Part shown: in pieces, positions 36,982-46,086 of the stretch | Position numbering within the stretch: the first letter of the stretch is position 1 | Layout: each line of letters opens with the position of its first letter | NCBI GenBank assembly: GCA_003452395.1 | Contig: DMOI01000040.1 | Span: forward strand, 3,508 to 67,507 | Direction of reading: 5' to 3' | Source of the DNA: Clostridiales bacterium | Lineage (GTDB): Bacteria > Bacillota > Clostridia > Lachnospirales > UBA12420 | Length of the DNA stretch: 64,000 nt | Translations under genes and position numbers: made by a program | Notes under the pieces: model-generated | The model's database searches: none | Seen by the model: the letters and a program-made list of their open reading frames with translations, nothing else | Told to the model about the DNA's origin: nothing

Positions 36982-37911
36982 ATGGGACTTGCAACTAGAG
37001 AGGCATATGGACAAGCACTTGCAGAGATAGGGATACAAAATGATAATATAGTCGTGCTTGATGCTGACTTATCAAAATCTACTAAAACGGAAGATTTTAA
37101 AAAGGTTTGTAAAGATCGTTTTATAAATATGGGTATATCCGAGGGGGACATGATGTCGACTGCAGCTGGACTTGCTACATGTGGAAAAATAGTGTTTGCA
37201 AGTACATTTGCTATGTTTGCAGCCGGACGTGCGTATGAGCAAATAAGAAATTCAATATGCTACCCAAACCTAAATGTAAAAGTAGCAGCCACTCATGCAG
37301 GCATATCGGTAGGAGAAGATGGTGCGTCTCATCAGTGTATAGAAGATATAGCTCTTATGAGAGTTATACCAAACATGACGGTCTTTTCACCGTCTGACGC
37401 TACCGAAACAAAGGCTATTATAAAATATTGTGTAGAAAATAAAGGACCTATGTATGTAAGATTAGGTAGGCTGAAGACAGAAGATATATTTGATCAAGAA
37501 AATTATAAATTCGAATTTGGAAAAGGTGTAGAAATAGCTGAAGGAAAGGATATTGCCATATTTGCTACAGGCATGATGACAGGAATAGCTATAGAAGCAA
37601 ATAAAATTTTAAAAGATAAAGGAATCTCAGCTCGAATTGTTAATATACATACTATAAAACCTATTGACAAAGAAATAATAATAAAAGCTGCGAAAGAAAT
37701 AGGAAAGATAGTAACACTCGAGGAGCATAATATATATGGCGGTTTCGGAAGTGCAGTATGTGAAGTAATAGCCGAGTATTATCCAGCAAGAGTAAAGATA
37801 ATAGGTGTAAACGATCACTTCGGAAAATCAGGCAAAGCAGAAGAAGTAATTAAGCTATATGGACTTGATGCAGAGAGTGTAGCCGTGAAGATAAAAGATT
37901 GGTTGAAATAA
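36982..37911 (+). CDS. Transketolase, C-terminal (pyrimidine-binding) subunit
   Basis: 309 aa. Starts at the base after the upstream stop. RFINMGISEGDMMS, GASHQCIEDIALMR. Confidence 0.92.
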   Translation: MGLATREAYGQALAEIGIQNDNIVVLDADLSKSTKTEDFKKVCKDRFINMGISEGDMMSTAAGLATCGKIVFASTFAMFAAGRAYEQIRNSICYPNLNVKVAATHAGISVGEDGASHQCIEDIALMRVIPNMTVFSPSDATETKAIIKYCVENKGPMYVRLGRLKTEDIFDQENYKFEFGKGVEIAEGKDIAIFATGMMTGIAIEANKILKDKGISARIVNIHTIKPIDKEIIIKAAKEIGKIVTLEEHNIYGGFGSAVCEVIAEYYPARVKIIGVNDHFGKSGKAEEVIKLYGLDAESVAVKIKDWLK

Positions 37912-37937
37912 AACTATAACCTTAAGGAGGAATACAT

Positions 37938-39314
37938 ATGTCAATGATGCTTTTTGCCCCAGTTGTTTTAATAATTATCGCTGTTTTAGTATATCTAGGA
38001 ATAGCATTTAACGGGGGAAATTTTAGTATGAATTTATCAGGAAGTTTGAAAGAGTTGACGGATAATCAAGTTATTGATGAAGGTCAGGCTGAAAAAATAA
38101 AGATATATTATCAAAAAAAGAAAGAGGATAGTAATATAGCTATGGTTATCTTGTCTGTTATAGGTGTGATACTTATAGGTTTGGGTATTATACTCGTATT
38201 TGCTCATAATTGGTATCAGATACCTAAATTTATAAAACTCGGAATAAGCATATTTATTTTAATTATTGCTCAAGTTATATTTTTTGTTAATATACATAAA
38301 AAGAAAACTTCCTTGCTTGCAGTTGAAGGTAGCTCTATATTTTTAGCTATTATAAGTGCAGCAACAATTGCGTTAATTAGTCAAATATACCACATACAAG
38401 GTAGTTTTGAAGATTTTATGTTTGCATGGATGATAATGATTCTGCCAATCCCGTATATATATGGTTCAGCACTTACTGGAATATTATATATGATAGGTAT
38501 AACAATATGGGCAAACGGCTATCAAGCAAGTATTTTTGATTTTGATTCTAAAGCTAATATTATTATGTATTTACTTATAATACCGTTTGTTTTAAACTTT
38601 ATCACAAAAAATATATATGCATTACGTGAGCGTTTTGTTGAATTAGTATTGTTTATTACTATGATTATCAATTTATACCAACTCTCATATAACGAAAGTA
38701 ATATTATAAATTCGGTGATTGTATTTAATTCAATTTTAGTAGTTATATTATTTATGAGCTCTTTTTTTAAAAGATTAAATTTAAACTTAACTAAAGTTTT
38801 GGCACAAATAACTATAGTTTTTCAAATGCTCATAATGGCATTTCAAAAACATAATTATAATAATGAATTAATGAGATCAAATCAAAATTTATTTAGTGAT
38901 ATAGCCTCACTTTTAATAATATTAATAGCTTTAATAGGGTTTTACTATTTCGTTAGGAAAAAGGAATATGAAAAACTTTTATATGCTAGTACACCTGTTT
39001 TACTAATACTTGGCAATTACGGTTTCGATACTAAATATGCTACAGATATTTCGTTTTATATTATAAACATCTATCTTATAGTTATTGCAGTCTGTTTAAT
39101 TATAACCTCAAATAAAACAAACAATTTACTAAAACTTAATGCAGGATTAGTTATTACTATCATATTGATATTTAAATGGTTTGCAGATATGGGATTCGGA
39201 ATAATAGAAAGAGCAATCGGATTTATTGCAGTAGGGGCATTTTTAATAGTAATAAATTTAAAAATACTAAAAAAGAAGAAAGAGGTGTTAAAAAATGAAC
39301 AAGTTGACGAATAA
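37938..39314 (+). CDS. Polytopic membrane protein, DUF2157 (+DUF4401-like) family
   Basis: 458 aa. N-terminal LKELTDNQVIDEGQAEKIKIYY motif typical of DUF2157, followed by ~12 TM helices. Confidence 0.6.
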   Translation: MSMMLFAPVVLIIIAVLVYLGIAFNGGNFSMNLSGSLKELTDNQVIDEGQAEKIKIYYQKKKEDSNIAMVILSVIGVILIGLGIILVFAHNWYQIPKFIKLGISIFILIIAQVIFFVNIHKKKTSLLAVEGSSIFLAIISAATIALISQIYHIQGSFEDFMFAWMIMILPIPYIYGSALTGILYMIGITIWANGYQASIFDFDSKANIIMYLLIIPFVLNFITKNIYALRERFVELVLFITMIINLYQLSYNESNIINSVIVFNSILVVILFMSSFFKRLNLNLTKVLAQITIVFQMLIMAFQKHNYNNELMRSNQNLFSDIASLLIILIALIGFYYFVRKKEYEKLLYASTPVLLILGNYGFDTKYATDISFYIINIYLIVIAVCLIITSNKTNNLLKLNAGLVITIILIFKWFADMGFGIIERAIGFIAVGAFLIVINLKILKKKKEVLKNEQVDE

Positions 39315-39936
39315 TTGTAAAGGGTTAGTAGAAAAAATAAAGAAATTTAAATTATTGATTATTACAATAATATTAATTGTTCAGCTTCTAATACCAGCAT
39401 CTATGATATATAGTGAAGAAATTATTTCTATAGTAGGAGATGAGATATCACTTGAAATTGAACCAGTTGATCCTTATGATTACTTTAGAGGAAGATATCT
39501 ATCTATCAGACCTATTGAAACAAAGGTAGTATATCAGCAATTTACTCAGGATTTAAAGGATGAATTACGAAATAGAGCTACTTCAAGCTCTAGTAATTAC
39601 TTTTATGATAATATAAAATGCTACATTACCTTTAAAAAGGGTCAGGATGGAATGCATACAATCGATCAAGTAACATTTGAAAAACCAAAAAATACAAGGT
39701 CATATTTAAAAGCTACTATAAATAATATATGGGAGTCGAACGGAAAAGAAATTCATGTAAATTATTCTATGAATCAATTTTTTATTAATGAAGACTTTGC
39801 TTTAAAATCTGAAGATACTATAAGGAATCTGCCACAAGGAACTAAAGCATATATAAAAGCAAAAATTAATGATGGAGATTTTGTGATAGAGAATTTATAT
39901 GTGGGTGATAAAAATATATATGAATACTTAAAATAA
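39295..39936 (+). CDS. GDYXXLXY-domain protein
   Basis: 213 aa, one N-terminal TM. VDPYDYFRGRYLSI matches the D.RG.Y core of the GDYXXLXY family. Overlaps the upstream gene by 20 nt. Confidence 0.65.
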   Translation: MNKLTNNCKGLVEKIKKFKLLIITIILIVQLLIPASMIYSEEIISIVGDEISLEIEPVDPYDYFRGRYLSIRPIETKVVYQQFTQDLKDELRNRATSSSSNYFYDNIKCYITFKKGQDGMHTIDQVTFEKPKNTRSYLKATINNIWESNGKEIHVNYSMNQFFINEDFALKSEDTIRNLPQGTKAYIKAKINDGDFVIENLYVGDKNIYEYLK

Positions 39937-39961
39937 ATATGAATAAATTCTTGAAATATTG

Positions 39962-40001
39962 AACCTTAAAAGCCCAGGCATTTGCTTGGGCTTTTAAGGT
40001 T
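39962..40001. terminator. Bidirectional terminator between convergent genes
   Basis: aaccttaaaagcccagg...ttgggcttttaaggtt long perfect-arm hairpin. Confidence 0.8.
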
Positions 40002-40019
40002 TTGATTGATTATAAAATA

Positions 40020-40250
40020 TTAATTCTGTTTGTTTCTTAATTCTTCATAAATTTTAAACATTATAATTAAAATTTCACAATAAACTCTTAATAATACTGG
40101 CCCTAAAAGTAACATAGCTAAACCTTCAAGAAGCTTATTACCCACGATATTTATTAATCCTGAACCTATTACTATAACAAGACCTATTATAAAGATTGCT
40201 TGAATAATAATTGGTGTAATCATCTTTTTAAATCCAAAAAAATCTTTCAC
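40020..40250 (-). CDS. DUF4282-like small membrane protein
   Basis: 76 aa from GTG 40250, preceded by AAAAGGGGGG RBS (track uses TTG 40286). FFGFKKMITPIIIQAIFIIGLV... pattern, two TM. Confidence 0.65.
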   Translation of the reverse strand: MKDFFGFKKMITPIIIQAIFIIGLVIVIGSGLINIVGNKLLEGLAMLLLGPVLLRVYCEILIIMFKIYEELRNKQN

Positions 40251-40398
40251 AAATATCCCCCCTTTTGTAATTAAATTGGTTAGCAAATAATAATTTTATT
40301 GCTATTTATTTAATTATACACATTTATGTATAAATTTGCAAGGGGTTTTTTAGGGGTTTATATCAAATAAAATAAAGAATGAGGCAAAGCCTCATTCT

Positions 40399-40566
40399 TT
40401 ATTTATACATATCAGCGATGTCGTCTACTAAGTTACCCACTTTTACTATCCAGTCTTTACTAACCTTACCAAAACCTTTTCTATTGTTTCTTGACGTAAG
40501 AGCTAAACTAGCCATTCCAATTAGGTTCCCAACTACGAAACCTGTTACAAATCTGTTAAAGTTCAT
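40399..40566 (-). CDS. 55-aa small membrane protein (hypothetical)
   Basis: Not in the track. AAAGGAG RBS. MNFNRFVTGFVVGNLIGMASLALTSRNNRKGFGKVSKDWIVKVGNLVDDIADMYK*. A perfect 16-bp hairpin (40370-40404) lies at its 3' end. The plus-strand track ORF 40379-40672 is its antisense shadow. Confidence 0.5.
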   Translation of the reverse strand: MNFNRFVTGFVVGNLIGMASLALTSRNNRKGFGKVSKDWIVKVGNLVDDIADMYK

Positions 40567-40740
40567 ATTCATGCTCCTTTCATTTTGTATATTCCTTTAT
40601 TATTTTTTACAAATTTCTTATTTATACACTGGTATTATTATGAAATATTTTAAAAAAATAATTTTTTTTTGAAATAACAATTGTATTAAATCAAAAAGTT
40701 TATTATAATACTTATATAGTCGTATAAAAAGGAGAAAAAT

Positions 40741-41388
40741 ATGTTTGAAAATGTAAATACTGTAATTTTTGATTTTGATGGAACTATGGTAGATTCTATT
40801 AGTGTATGGAAAAAAATGAATTTTGATTACTTTAAAGAATTTGGAGTTAATTTAGAGGAAGAATCTATTAATAAGTTATTAAATCTAACTTGCTCAGAAA
40901 CGGCAGAATATAGCACTAAAAATTTTAATATAACACTTACAACCAATCAAATAAGAAATTTTTGGATTGAAAAAGGAATAGAGTATTATGATAAGTACGT
41001 GCTATTAAAAGAAGGAATAAGAGAATTTTTAGAACTGTTAAGAAAAAACAACTTTAAAATTGGAATAGCTACTAATAATATTAGACCTATAACAGACTAT
41101 TTTTTAAAAAAAGAAGACATGCTTAAAAATATTGATTTTATTTGTACTATGGACGATGTACAAATAAGAAAGCCAGATCCAGAAATGTATTTTAAAGTGG
41201 CAAAGTTTTTAGAGTCGGATATGACTAATTGTTTGGTCTTTGAAGATTCCATTGTAGGATTAATCGCCGCAAAAAGGGCTGGAATGAAAGTTTGTGCAGT
41301 ACTTAATGGGCAATCAGTTGATAAAATAGATGAGCTAAAAGTAATATCAGATTATCAAGTAAGTAGTTTTAAAGATATTAAAATATGA
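40741..41388 (+). CDS. HAD-superfamily hydrolase, subfamily IA
   Basis: 215 aa. Motif I FDFDGTMVDS, later VFEDSIVGLIAAKRAGM. Confidence 0.85.
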   Translation: MFENVNTVIFDFDGTMVDSISVWKKMNFDYFKEFGVNLEEESINKLLNLTCSETAEYSTKNFNITLTTNQIRNFWIEKGIEYYDKYVLLKEGIREFLELLRKNNFKIGIATNNIRPITDYFLKKEDMLKNIDFICTMDDVQIRKPDPEMYFKVAKFLESDMTNCLVFEDSIVGLIAAKRAGMKVCAVLNGQSVDKIDELKVISDYQVSSFKDIKI

Positions 41389-41407
41389 TTTTCCGGGGGG
41401 GAAAAGA

Positions 41408-43609
41408 ATGAAGTATACTAATGAAACTGAGTTATATGAAATAATTGAATCAAGACATAAAGATCCACATCACATTTTGGGAATGCATAAAATTGAATTA
41501 AAAGGTAACGAGATAGTTGTTGTTAGGGCATATATACCGCAAGCAAAAACTGTATATGTAATTACAGAAAATAAAGATGAGAGTATTTACGAAATGAAAA
41601 AAATACATGATTCTGGTTTTTTTGAGTTATTTTTTCCAGAAAAGAATAGAAAATTCAAGTATAGACTAAAGGCCGAGGATTATGAAAATAATGTTTGGGA
41701 ATTTCATGACCCATATTCATTTGATAAGGTGATAACTAGTTTTGATTTACATTTATTTAATGCTGGAAATCATTATGATATATATGAAAAATTAGGTGCT
41801 CATCCTATGGAGATAGATGGAATTTATGGTACTCTTTTTGCTGTATGGGCGCCAAATGCCAAAAGGGTAAGCGTTGTAGGGAACTTTAATGCTTGGGATG
41901 GAAGACGTAATCAAATGAGACTTTTGAGTAATTCAGGCGTATGGGAGTTATTTATTCCTGATATTGGGGTTTATGAGGCATATAAATATGAGATAAAAGC
42001 AAAAAATAATGATGTATTTCAAAAAGCTGACCCATATGCTAACGCAGCAGAACTGAGACCAAGAACAGCATCTGTTGTTTATGATATTTCAAAGTTTGAG
42101 TGGAAAGATAGTGAATGGATGTCTAAAAGAACTGCTGAAGATGTTTATAATAGACCTATGAACATATATGAGGTACATCTCGGATCTTGGATGAGAGTAG
42201 AAGATAATGAATTTATGAGCTATAGAGAATCAGCACATAAATTATGTGCTTATGTAAAAAATATGGGTTATACACATATCCAACTTCTTCCTATTGAAGA
42301 GTTTCCTTTTGATGGGTCGTGGGGATATCAAGTAACGGGGTATTATGCGCCGACTAGTCGATTTGGCACACCAGATGATTTTGCATACTTTGTTGACCAT
42401 ATGCATGAAAATGGTATAGGTGTTTTACTTGACTGGGTTCCTGCTCATTTCCCAAAAGATGCACATGGACTTAGAAGGTTTGATGGGACAGCCTTATATG
42501 AACATGAAGATGCAAGACGTGGCGAGCATCCAGACTGGGGTACACAAATATTTAATTATGGAAGAAATGAAGTTGAAAACTTCCTAATCGGTAATGCAAT
42601 ATTTTGGATACAAAAATACCATATTGATGGTTTGAGGGTAGATGCTGTGGCGTCTATGTTATATTTAGACTATGGTAAAAATTATGGCGAATGGGTACCA
42701 AATGGATATGGTGGAAAAGAAAATAATGAAGCTATAGAGTTCATGAAACACATGAATTCAGTTATAGCGGGTAAATTTCCCGGAGTTATGATGATTGCGG
42801 AAGAGTCTACTGCATGGACAGGTGTATCACATCCTACTGAAGATCATGGATTGGGATTCAAATATAAATGGAATATGGGATGGATGAACGATTTCTTATC
42901 ATATATAAGTAAAGATCCTATATATAGAAAATTTCACCATGGTGATTTGACTTTTAGTCTAATATATGCATTTACTGAAAAATTTCTCTTAGTACTTTCT
43001 CATGACGAAGTTGTTCACGGAAAAGGATCTATGATAGGCAAGATGCCTGGAGATTATTGGCAAAAATTTGCTAACCTGAGAGTTGCTTATGGATTTATGT
43101 ATGCTCACCCTGGTAAAAAACTATTATTTATGGGAAGTGAGTTTGGGCAATTTGATGAGTGGAATGAAGCTAAGAGCATTGATTGGAACTTACTAGAATT
43201 TGAGAAACATAAACAAATGCAAGATTATACGAGAGACTTGAACTTTTTATATAAAAATGAAAAAGCATTATGGCAAAAAGATTTTACAGGTGAGGGTTTC
43301 GAATGGATAGACTGTGCAGACTATCAAATAAGTATGGTGACTTTCCTAAGAAAAGGCGAAAATCCAGATGATGATATAGTAGTAGTATGCAACTTTACTC
43401 CTACTCCACATTTTAATTATAGAATGGGAGTTCCTGAGGGTACTTATGTAGAGATATTTAATACAGATGATGTAAAATATGGCGGTAGTGGAGTTAAGAA
43501 TGAAAAGCCAATTAAAGCAGATAAAAAGCATTGGAACTATAGAGACTATAGCATAGAAGTAAAAGTACCACCACTTGGCGCTGTGTACTTTAAAAAAGTA
43601 AAGAATTAA
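41408..43609 (+). CDS. glgB: 1,4-alpha-glucan branching enzyme
   Basis: 733 aa. GH13 motifs DWVPAHF, GLRVDAVASM, MIAEEST, LSHDEVVHGK. Confidence 0.95.
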   Translation: MKYTNETELYEIIESRHKDPHHILGMHKIELKGNEIVVVRAYIPQAKTVYVITENKDESIYEMKKIHDSGFFELFFPEKNRKFKYRLKAEDYENNVWEFHDPYSFDKVITSFDLHLFNAGNHYDIYEKLGAHPMEIDGIYGTLFAVWAPNAKRVSVVGNFNAWDGRRNQMRLLSNSGVWELFIPDIGVYEAYKYEIKAKNNDVFQKADPYANAAELRPRTASVVYDISKFEWKDSEWMSKRTAEDVYNRPMNIYEVHLGSWMRVEDNEFMSYRESAHKLCAYVKNMGYTHIQLLPIEEFPFDGSWGYQVTGYYAPTSRFGTPDDFAYFVDHMHENGIGVLLDWVPAHFPKDAHGLRRFDGTALYEHEDARRGEHPDWGTQIFNYGRNEVENFLIGNAIFWIQKYHIDGLRVDAVASMLYLDYGKNYGEWVPNGYGGKENNEAIEFMKHMNSVIAGKFPGVMMIAEESTAWTGVSHPTEDHGLGFKYKWNMGWMNDFLSYISKDPIYRKFHHGDLTFSLIYAFTEKFLLVLSHDEVVHGKGSMIGKMPGDYWQKFANLRVAYGFMYAHPGKKLLFMGSEFGQFDEWNEAKSIDWNLLEFEKHKQMQDYTRDLNFLYKNEKALWQKDFTGEGFEWIDCADYQISMVTFLRKGENPDDDIVVVCNFTPTPHFNYRMGVPEGTYVEIFNTDDVKYGGSGVKNEKPIKADKKHWNYRDYSIEVKVPPLGAVYFKKVKN

Positions 43610-43644
43610 GAAATGTAGATAACTAGAAAAGAATAATAAACTTT

Positions 43645-43686
43645 CGCGCTGTCATTGCGAGGAACGTATTTTGTGACGAAGCAATC
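43645..43686 (-). repeat. Repeat family A copy (inverted orientation)
   Basis: cgcgctgtcattgcgagg...gtgacgaagcaatc. Its reverse complement aligns with 43719-43754 at both ends. Confidence 0.8.
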
Positions 43687-43718
43687 TTATTTTTATTTTT
43701 GAAATGATAAAAAGATTA

Positions 43719-43754
43719 GATTGCTTCGTCGAAAGAACCTTCTCGCAATGACAG
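43719..43754 (+). repeat. Repeat family A copy
   Basis: gattgcttcgtcgaaagaaccttctcgcaatgacag. Forms an inverted pair with 43645-43686 around an A/T-rich spacer. Confidence 0.8.
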
Positions 43755-43785
43755 ATTACTAGAAAGTGGAGGCGATGTGCGATAT

Positions 43786-44253
43786 ATGAAACAAATTGAA
43801 ATCTATACAGATGGGGCATGCTCTGGCAACCCTGGTCCTGGTGGATACGGAACTATTCTAAAATATAAAGACAATGAAAAACATTTTTCACAAGGCTATA
43901 AACTTACAACAAATAACAGAATGGAGATTTTGTCAGTTATAGTGGGTATAGAGGCATTGTCTGAAACTTGTGAGGTTACTGTGTACACTGATTCTAAATA
44001 TGTATCGGACTCCATATCACAGGGTTGGGCCAAAAAGTGGAAAGAAAATAACTGGAAAAGAAACTCAAAAGAAAAAGCACTTAACATAGATCTTTGGGAT
44101 AGGCTACTTAATTTAATTGATAAACATAAAATAACGGTAGTCTGGGTAAAAGGGCACTCAGGACATGAATATAATGAAAAATGCGATAAGTTGGCAGTTG
44201 CAGCATGTAGAGCAGATAATCTACTAGAAGATGAAGGATACTCAAATAGTTGA
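43786..44253 (+). CDS. rnhA: Ribonuclease HI
   Basis: MKQIEIYTDGACSGNPGPGGYG... aligns with the canonical RNase HI N-terminus. TNNRMEL, VKGHSGHEYNEKCDKLA. Start ATG 43786 chosen over GTG 43777. Confidence 0.9.
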   Translation: MKQIEIYTDGACSGNPGPGGYGTILKYKDNEKHFSQGYKLTTNNRMEILSVIVGIEALSETCEVTVYTDSKYVSDSISQGWAKKWKENNWKRNSKEKALNIDLWDRLLNLIDKHKITVVWVKGHSGHEYNEKCDKLAVAACRADNLLEDEGYSNS

Positions 44254-44290
44254 AAGTGTAAAGTTGAAAATTTAAAGTTAAATGTAAAAT
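44248..44290 (+). repeat. Degenerate GTTGAAA/GTAAA heptamer run (family C-like)
   Basis: agttgaaagtgtaaagttgaaaatttaaagttaaatgtaaaat between rnhA and cmk. Confidence 0.45.
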
Positions 44291-44317
44291 AGACCTCGAT
44301 TGAAGGATGGTGTTGAA

Positions 44318-44980
44318 GTGATAGAAATAGCAATAGATGGTCCGGCTGGGGCAGGAAAGTCAACTATATCAAAAATAACGGCAGGGAATCTTAAATTACT
44401 TTATATCGATACTGGAGCCATGTTTAGAGCTGTAACATTTTATTTTATCTCTAATAATATAGATTATGAAAATGAGGAGAGCGTAAATAAATATATAGAC
44501 GATATATGTATAGAATTAAAGCATATTAACGGTATTCAACACATTTATCTAAATGGAAACGATGTAACAAAAGAGATAAGAACAGAAGAAATTTCAAAAG
44601 CTGTTTCAGTAGTTGCAAAGAATCAAAAAATTCGTGAGATGCTTTTAGATATTCAGAGAAAAATAGCGAAAGAAAATAATGTAGTAATGGATGGCAGGGA
44701 TATTGGCACATGCGTTTTACCTAATGCAGGGCTTAAAATATTTTTAGTTGCTTCTGTAGAGGAAAGGGCTAGAAGAAGATATAAGCAACTTGTACGAAGA
44801 GGAAAAACTGCTGATTATGATGAAATACTCGTAAATCTTAAGAAAAGAGATGAACAAGATATGACAAGAGAAATAGCTCCCCTTAAAAAGGCAAATGATG
44901 CAATAATTATTGATAGCACTAATATGACATTAGAGAAAGTAGTGAAAATTATAGTAACATTAGCTAACGAGAGATTTTAA
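44318..44980 (+). CDS. cmk: Cytidylate kinase
   Basis: IAIDGPAGAGKST P-loop at the N-terminus, DGRDIGT, RRRYKQL. Start uncertain: GTG 44318 preferred, track gives TTG 44300. Confidence 0.9.
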   Translation: MIEIAIDGPAGAGKSTISKITAGNLKLLYIDTGAMFRAVTFYFISNNIDYENEESVNKYIDDICIELKHINGIQHIYLNGNDVTKEIRTEEISKAVSVVAKNQKIREMLLDIQRKIAKENNVVMDGRDIGTCVLPNAGLKIFLVASVEERARRRYKQLVRRGKTADYDEILVNLKKRDEQDMTREIAPLKKANDAIIIDSTNMTLEKVVKIIVTLANERF

Positions 44981-45267
44981 ATAAAAATAGTGATATAATA
45001 ATATTAATAGTAAACACTATCTATATATTGAAACATTGAGATACGGTATAGAAGTAATTATTAATTTTGAAAATTATAATATAAAAATATAGATTCTACA
45101 AGAGAATCTTGTAGAATAGGTCGAAAAAAATATAAAAACGCGTTAATATTTAAAAAATAGCAAAATTAGACTTGACAATGTTCGATAAAAGTGATTATAT
45201 ATGTATAACTGCGTAACATTTATGTCAGTAGAAATAATATTTAAAATTAGAAAGCGGTGAATATAAT

Positions 45268-46050
45268 TTGGCAGAAGAGTATAAAGAATTTGAAGAAAAT
45301 ATCTTAAGGTTAACAGGAATAGATTTAAATTCTTATAAAGAGAAACAGATGAAGAGAAGACTAGACTTTTTAATAGATAGAATGGGACAAAAAACATATA
45401 CCAATTACTTTAAAGTTTTAAAAGAAAATAAAGATGAACTTGAGAATTTTAAGAGTTATATAACAATAAATGTTTCAGAGTTCTTTAGAAATTATCCCCA
45501 ATGGGAAATATTGCAAAAAAAGATTATACCATATCTAATAGAACTAAAAAAAGGACAAACCCTGAATATATGGAGTGCAGCGTGTTCTACAGGAGATGAG
45601 CCATATTCAACAGCAATATTAATGAAAAAACATTTCCCCAATATAAAATTCAATATTTTAGCTACTGATATTGATGAAGATATACTAAGCAAAGCTAAAA
45701 AAGGAGAATACTATTTTAAAAGTATTGAAAAAATACCACCAACATATATAAATGAATTTTTTACAAAATCAGATAAAGATGTTTATACTATTAATGAAGA
45801 TATAAAAAAACATGTTACATTTAAAAAACATGATTTAATTGTGGAATCATACTCAACAGGGATGGACTTAATAATATGTAGAAATGTTGTAATATATTTT
45901 ACAGAAGAAGTTAAAAATCAAATGTATCGAAAATTTGCTAATTGCATGGAAAAAGATAGAATTTTATTTATTGGAAATACTGAACAAATAATAAGTTCAA
46001 ATAAATACGGGTTTGAATATATTGAAAACTTTTTTTATAAAAAGATATAG
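45268..46050 (+). CDS. cheR: CheR-type protein-glutamate O-methyltransferase
   Basis: 260 aa. N-terminal helical domain (GIDLNSYKEKQMKRRL), ITINVSEFFRN, IWSAACSTGDEPYS, DLIICRNVVIYF. Confidence 0.85.
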   Translation: MAEEYKEFEENILRLTGIDLNSYKEKQMKRRLDFLIDRMGQKTYTNYFKVLKENKDELENFKSYITINVSEFFRNYPQWEILQKKIIPYLIELKKGQTLNIWSAACSTGDEPYSTAILMKKHFPNIKFNILATDIDEDILSKAKKGEYYFKSIEKIPPTYINEFFTKSDKDVYTINEDIKKHVTFKKHDLIVESYSTGMDLIICRNVVIYFTEEVKNQMYRKFANCMEKDRILFIGNTEQIISSNKYGFEYIENFFYKKI

Positions 46051-46086
46051 AAATAATTATGAATTAATTTCTGGGAGGCGTAGAAA

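Noticed and set aside
43896-44363. 155-aa minus-strand ORF
   Set aside because: It lies entirely antisense to rnhA and the cmk start, has no RBS and has a Leu/Ser/Phe-rich low-complexity translation. It is a shadow ORF.
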